A DNA stretch of 41,163 nucleotides from Bacteroidota bacterium (GTDB lineage: Bacteria > Bacteroidota > Bacteroidia > Chitinophagales > Chitinophagaceae). A program made the translations under genes and the position numbers. The stretch spans positions 1 through 41,163 of the forward strand of contig JABDGU010000015.1 in assembly GCA_013285905.1 (NCBI GenBank). The letters are read 5' to 3'. This document shows, in pieces, positions 38,652-41,163 of this stretch; position 1 is the stretch's first letter, and each line of letters opens with the position of its first letter. Under the pieces are notes generated by a model, which saw only the letters and a list, made by a program, of their open reading frames with translations, was not told the DNA's origin and searched no databases.

Positions 38652-39290
38652 ATAAACCCCTCAAAAACTTGTTTCACTCCTTTTCAGGAAATGAAAGAAC
38701 TTATTTTTAATGCTTTCCCTATTAATAATTAAGCCTCTCCTTCTATGGGAACAAAAAGGAAAGGCCCTGTTTCAGGCCGCAAAGGTACTTAAAATAAACC
38801 AGTAGCAAACTCAATACATAAACTTAATCTATGTTTAACGTTTTCCGGCTTCCCTATAATAAGCAGACTGATTTACTTTTATCTGCCTTTATATATTCTC
38901 AAAACATAAAAACCACCAGCAAAAACTAAATACAATTAAATAATGATGTGAATATCTGTTGATTAGTCTTGTATAAAATCTGTAATTGTTCTAAAAAAGG
39001 GGTTGATAGTCATTATTAAGTCAATGTTATTTTTCTTTTAATTTTTTATGCACAGCCTGTTACGATATTAAGATCTTATTTTTTATACACAGACACACTT
39101 ATTCACAATCCACATTTTATATGTTAGTTTGCCCATTCTAGTTGGTTTTCTTGTGTGGAAAAACTATCAGTAACTTTGCTTCTATTATTTTTTAGTACAG
39201 ATGCAATAGGGAATAAGTTTTTTATTCCCCATTTCCACAGCCCTAATTTATAATAGTCTTTTTTAAAGAAAAATAAATATAGATATTATT

Positions 39291-40304
39291 ATGAGTGTGA
39301 ATATCGGAACAGATCAGGAGCTTTTGTTAGAAAACGGATATTTAAATATTGAGATCGACCCTGCTTTAGACATCTTTTATGAAATAGAAAAATTGAAGAA
39401 AGAAAAGAATGCTGTTATACTCGCACACTATTACCAGGAGCCGGATATACAGGATATTGCAGATTATGTTGGTGATAGTTTAGGGCTTGCACAGAAAGCA
39501 GAAAAAACAAATGCAGACATAATTGTTTTTGCAGGTGTGCATTTCATGGCAGAGACAGCTAAGATTCTAAATCCGGAGAAAAAAGTTTTGTTGCCGGATC
39601 TTAATGCAGGCTGCTCTTTAAGTGATAGTTGCCCTCCTGATCTATTTAAATTATTTAAAGAAAAATACCCGCATCACCTTGTCATTTCTTATATAAATTG
39701 TTCGGCAGGCATCAAAGCGCTAAGCGACATAATTTGTACATCATCAAACGCAAAAGCGATTGTAGATAGTTTGCCAAAAGACCAGGAAATTATTTTTGCT
39801 CCAGATAAGAACTTGGGGGCATACATTAATAAAACCAGTGGCCGCAATATGCTCCTGTGGAACGGAGCTTGTATGGTGCATGAAATATTTTCTTTAGAAA
39901 AAATATTGAGGTTAAAAGAAAGGAACCCTGAAGCGAAAATTATCGCTCATCCCGAATGCGAAGAAGCGATTTTGCGAATAGCGGATTTTATTGGCTCTAC
40001 AACAGAATTATTAAAACATACAGAAGTTAGTGAATTTTCTATATTTATTGTGGTCACGGAAGCGGGTATTATTCATAAGATGCAGATATGTTCACCTTAC
40101 AAAACATTTATTTCTGCCCCACCTGATAATGCCTGTGCATGCAATAATTGCCCTCATATGAAGTTAAACACACTAGAGAAGCTCTATTTGTGCATGAAGC
40201 ATGAGCTACCGGAAATAACGATGAATGAAAAATTGAGAATAGCAGCAAAAAAGCCAATAGACAAAATGTTGGAACTAAGCCGAAGTTTCGGTTTAGGTGT
40301 ATGA
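39291..40304 (+). CDS. nadA: Quinolinate synthase A
   Basis: 337 aa. [26 protein letters not shown] near the N-terminus and the conserved Cys ligands of the [4Fe-4S] cluster (NAGCSL, C in YINCSAG, PECEE) match NadA. Confidence 0.9.
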   Translation: MSVNIGTDQELLLENGYLNIEIDPALDIFYEIEKLKKEKNAVILAHYYQEPDIQDIADYVGDSLGLAQKAEKTNADIIVFAGVHFMAETAKILNPEKKVLLPDLNAGCSLSDSCPPDLFKLFKEKYPHHLVISYINCSAGIKALSDIICTSSNAKAIVDSLPKDQEIIFAPDKNLGAYINKTSGRNMLLWNGACMVHEIFSLEKILRLKERNPEAKIIAHPECEEAILRIADFIGSTTELLKHTEVSEFSIFIVVTEAGIIHKMQICSPYKTFISAPPDNACACNNCPHMKLNTLEKLYLCMKHELPEITMNEKLRIAAKKPIDKMLELSRSFGLGV

Positions 40305-40407
40305 CATAAAAAAAATATTTTTTTATCCTTTATTTTGGCCTTATTTTTGGTGTAAATAAAAATATTATCTTATTTTGGGAAGCTATCTTTAAAAAAATTT
40401 AGAAAAA

Positions 40408-41163
40408 ATGAAAAAAGGATTACTAAAAATCAGTTTAGGCCTTAGCATGCTTTTAGGCAGCTATATAGGCGTAGCGCAGCCCGCTGTGCAGCCATTGAGC
40501 TACGGTTTTGTGAACGGACAGACAATTTCAAACTGGTATGCTGACTATGTGGGCGTGCGTTTCACTGTTACTACTCCGTCTTATGTTGCGGGTGAAAAGT
40601 TGCATAGCGATGCTACAACAGCAGATGGTTGGGGGCTTACTATGCCATTGCCAATAATTACAAATGTTCCGGTTATAGAAGCCGCACCGGATTCCCTGGC
40701 TTGTACAACACTACAAAACGGATCTTCTCCATATCCAAGTATGTTAAACAAGGTTGCGCTTATATATCGCGGAACATGTGAGTTTGGCTGTAAAGCACAA
40801 GCAGCACAGGCAGCGGGTGCTATTGCTGTTTTGATAATAAACAATCAACCTAATGGTGTTGTTGGGATGGCAGGTGGAACTTGTGGCCCAAATGTTACAA
40901 TTCCTGTATATATGATATCAGAGGCTGATGGAAATGCTTTGGATGCAGCTATCCATAATGGAGATACGGTAAGGATCTCTATTACGAATTGGGGCCGTGG
41001 TTTGTCAAATGATCTTGGTTTTGTCTTCAATGGTGCGAGTGTATGGCATGATTTTGCAATTCCCAAATATGAAATGGGTAACTCAAACGGAACTCCTGCT
41101 GCATATAAACAAGTTAACGGAGCTTATATTGCCAATTTCGGTACCAATACCGAACATAATGTA
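40408..41163 (+). CDS. Secreted PA (protease-associated) domain protein, 5' portion (continues beyond the window end)
   Basis: Open frame from the ATG at 40408 to the window end; absent from the ORF table because it has no in-window stop. Signal peptide MKKGLLKISLGLSMLLGSYIGVAQP. PA-domain pattern VALIYRGTCEFGCKAQAAQAAGAIAVLIINNQP...VTIPVYMISEADGNAL. Confidence 0.55.
   Translation, partial: MKKGLLKISLGLSMLLGSYIGVAQPAVQPLSYGFVNGQTISNWYADYVGVRFTVTTPSYVAGEKLHSDATTADGWGLTMPLPIITNVPVIEAAPDSLACTTLQNGSSPYPSMLNKVALIYRGTCEFGCKAQAAQAAGAIAVLIINNQPNGVVGMAGGTCGPNVTIPVYMISEADGNALDAAIHNGDTVRISITNWGRGLSNDLGFVFNGASVWHDFAIPKYEMGNSNGTPAAYKQVNGAYIANFGTNTEHNV

Noticed and set aside
1-41163. tRNA or rRNA genes
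   Set aside because: I searched by eye for T-loop (GGTTCGAATCC-like) and anticodon-arm signatures and for rRNA-like conserved stretches, and found none. All sizeable gaps are AT-rich promoter or terminator regions.

Overview
This window looks like a Bacteroidota chromosome segment. It has no Shine-Dalgarno signals, it has TAnnTTTG-type promoter motifs, and it encodes proteins with T9SS C-terminal sorting domains. About 30 genes are packed densely on both strands.

Recognisable housekeeping and metabolic genes are:
- the 3' end of polA
- a family 4 glycosyltransferase (GT4)
- serC
- a fused E1 alpha/beta 2-oxoacid dehydrogenase
- rpiB
- tatC
- an M28 peptidase
- typA/bipA
- nadA

Regulatory and transport genes are a hybrid PAS sensor kinase/response regulator and a complete phosphate-uptake operon (porin-pstS-pstC-pstA-pstB-phoU) on the minus strand.

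The dominant feature is a 9 kb gene for a 3017-aa cell-surface protein. It has an N-terminal NHL beta-propeller, 25 or more tandem Ig-like beta-sandwich modules and a C-terminal T9SS type-B (gliding-motility-associated) sorting domain.

Features not explained by standard annotation are:
- a phased array of six TTGCCGC direct repeats in the tatC/M28 divergent intergenic region
- a perfect 15-bp inverted repeat sitting immediately upstream of a terminator-bounded micro-ORF (60 aa) and divergent from a small 80-aa protein
- an SPFH (band-7) protein fused to two DUF4476 repeats
- a DUF502-serC-DUF1015 operon without serA
- candidate palindromic operators in the pst/porin promoter and in the SPFH/lipoprotein divergent promoter
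- a 34-bp perfect AT-rich palindrome acting as the typA terminator
- two T12 homopolymer tracts at regulatory positions

I found no rRNA, tRNA, CRISPR array or obvious mobile element. I also found no clear-cut new defence or secretion system, so the hunt results are candidate regulatory elements and unusual gene fusions rather than a defined new system. All family assignments come from motif recognition by eye and should be confirmed by HMM or BLAST searches.
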